From positions 1 through 27,356 of the IMG/VR virus record IMGVR_UViG_3300032218_001128: 27,356 nucleotides of DNA. One strand, written 5' to 3'. The notes under the pieces were generated by a model. It worked only from the letters and a program-made list of their open reading frames with translations, ran no database searches and was not told the origin of the DNA. Within the stretch, counting starts at the first letter, position 1. Each line of letters opens with the position of its first letter. The DNA comes from a virus. Lineage: Duplodnaviria; Caudoviricetes. This document shows positions 26,430 through 27,356 of the stretch, one piece after another. Both the position numbers and the translations under genes were made by a program.

Positions 26430-26434
26430 AAGTC

Positions 26435-27118
26435 TTACTTACTAGCCATGCGTTTCTTATACTCTGTCAGAAACGCTGCCTTAGCGTACTTAAAAGCCTC
26501 GTTACTCGCCGTAGTATCGCCACGCTGCGAGATTGATACCTTGCAGCGACTCTCTGCCTGACCTAACCATGTTTCCGTTACCCATGTCATAAAATCGTCA
26601 GTGGCAGCGCGAGTACTAGTCTTGCCCTCGTTTAGATATTTCTTAACTTCAGTTTTGAGGGATTTCAGTTTGGCGCTGCGATACTTGCTAACCTTGTCTC
26701 GCCACTCGCCTACTACCTTATATAACTCAGGGTTATAACTGTCTGCCTTAGCGTTACGCAGCGCACCAAACGCTTGACCAGACATTGACATGGCGTAGTT
26801 AACACCTATCTGAATTGATTCAAGTTTAGATACGTCAGCACCATCATCAAACGCTGCCGCCTCGACATACTTACCATCGAGCATAAAATACGTTTTGGCA
26901 GGGTTTATGTCGTTGTAACGCTGATCAATACCTGCAAAGTACTCTGCCTGCCCTTGTTCAGACATTTCTTTCGGGAGGCTTGGCTCACGCTCATAGGCAG
27001 CGATAGCAATCGAACGCAGGGTATCGCCTATCTTTGCGTGCTGGAATCCAACGTCACGCATTGACTTAATTTGAACTACTTCGGGCACTACCACTTCAGA
27101 GGGTTTTGCTTTAGACAT
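26435..27118 (-). CDS. Hypothetical early protein (227 aa)
   Basis: GGAGAAG RBS and its own terminator. Confidence 0.88.
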   Translation of the reverse strand: MSKAKPSEVVVPEVVQIKSMRDVGFQHAKIGDTLRSIAIAAYEREPSLPKEMSEQGQAEYFAGIDQRYNDINPAKTYFMLDGKYVEAAAFDDGADVSKLESIQIGVNYAMSMSGQAFGALRNAKADSYNPELYKVVGEWRDKVSKYRSAKLKSLKTEVKKYLNEGKTSTRAATDDFMTWVTETWLGQAESRCKVSISQRGDTTASNEAFKYAKAAFLTEYKKRMASK

Positions 27119-27243
27119 GATTACTTCTCCGTTTGTTTATGCTTCGCAGAATTGCTTGGCATAGAATATATATACCTGATACTGGCTCATAAAGTAAAGG
27201 TTCAGAGGGGTGTGAGGCACTGTTTAGCCGCTTAGCCTCAGCC

Positions 27244-27285
27244 CACGCACACGCTGCGCGCGCGAGGACACATAACTGGTATCAA
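27244..27285. repeat. Third copy of the ~42-bp repeat
   Basis: CACGCACACGCTGCGCGCGCGAGGACACATAACTGGTATCAA, preceded by TTCAGAGGGGTGTGAG at 27201. Confidence 0.85.
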
Positions 27286-27313
27286 AGGGTGGGAGCCGCA
27301 GCCCCCAACCCTT
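27285..27313 (-). terminator. Terminator-like hairpin abutting the repeat
   Basis: AAGGGT(T)GGGGGC-TGCG-GCTCCCACCCTT with only a short U tail. Confidence 0.5.
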
Positions 27314-27356
27314 ACCGCTTACTGATCAGTGCGACCAATCCACACTGCACCAATCA

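Larger units (their letters stand above)
1..27356. mobile_element. Segment of a tailed dsDNA bacteriophage genome (replication and early regions plus one giant putative virion protein)
   Basis: Gene set (PolA, SNF2 helicase, primase-helicase, VRR-NUC, DUF3310-like, HNH-like, LPD38-like giant protein), dense co-oriented small ORFs with overlapping start/stop codons, no host housekeeping genes. Confidence 0.95.

Noticed and set aside
27312-27356. 3' end of a further - strand gene at the window edge
   Set aside because: Plausible from the hairpin that follows, but the reading frame cannot be determined from 45 bases

Overview
About 27 kb of a tailed dsDNA phage genome (Caudoviricetes), with no host genes, rRNA, tRNA or CRISPR array visible. 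The left 5.5 kb (+ strand) is the 3' part of a giant polyvalent protein (>1840 aa, open to the window edge). It carries ATTPE repeats, a HExxH zincin-type peptidase motif and an LPD38-like C-terminus. Everything else is on the - strand. The replication module has an AEP-primase/DUF927-type helicase, a Cro-like HTH, an SNF2 helicase, an HNH-like protein, a Cas4-like PD-(D/E)XK exonuclease and a family A DNA polymerase (Leu762 type). It is followed by many small accessory genes, a DUF3150-like/MoxR-type AAA/DUF2201-VWA cluster, and an early region with duplicated sigma70 promoters. The most unusual content is non-coding: (i) a multi-stem, possibly pseudoknotted RNA in front of the SNF2 gene; (ii) a dispersed 16-bp TTCA-N8-TGAA box mostly in gene leaders; (iii) a TGTTCCA iteron/IHF-like origin candidate; (iv) two tandem promoters covered by identical 25-bp palindromes that point into a region with no ORF; (v) a ~42-bp repeat bracketing a single gene like a cassette. 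Family names come from motif recognition by eye, not database searches.
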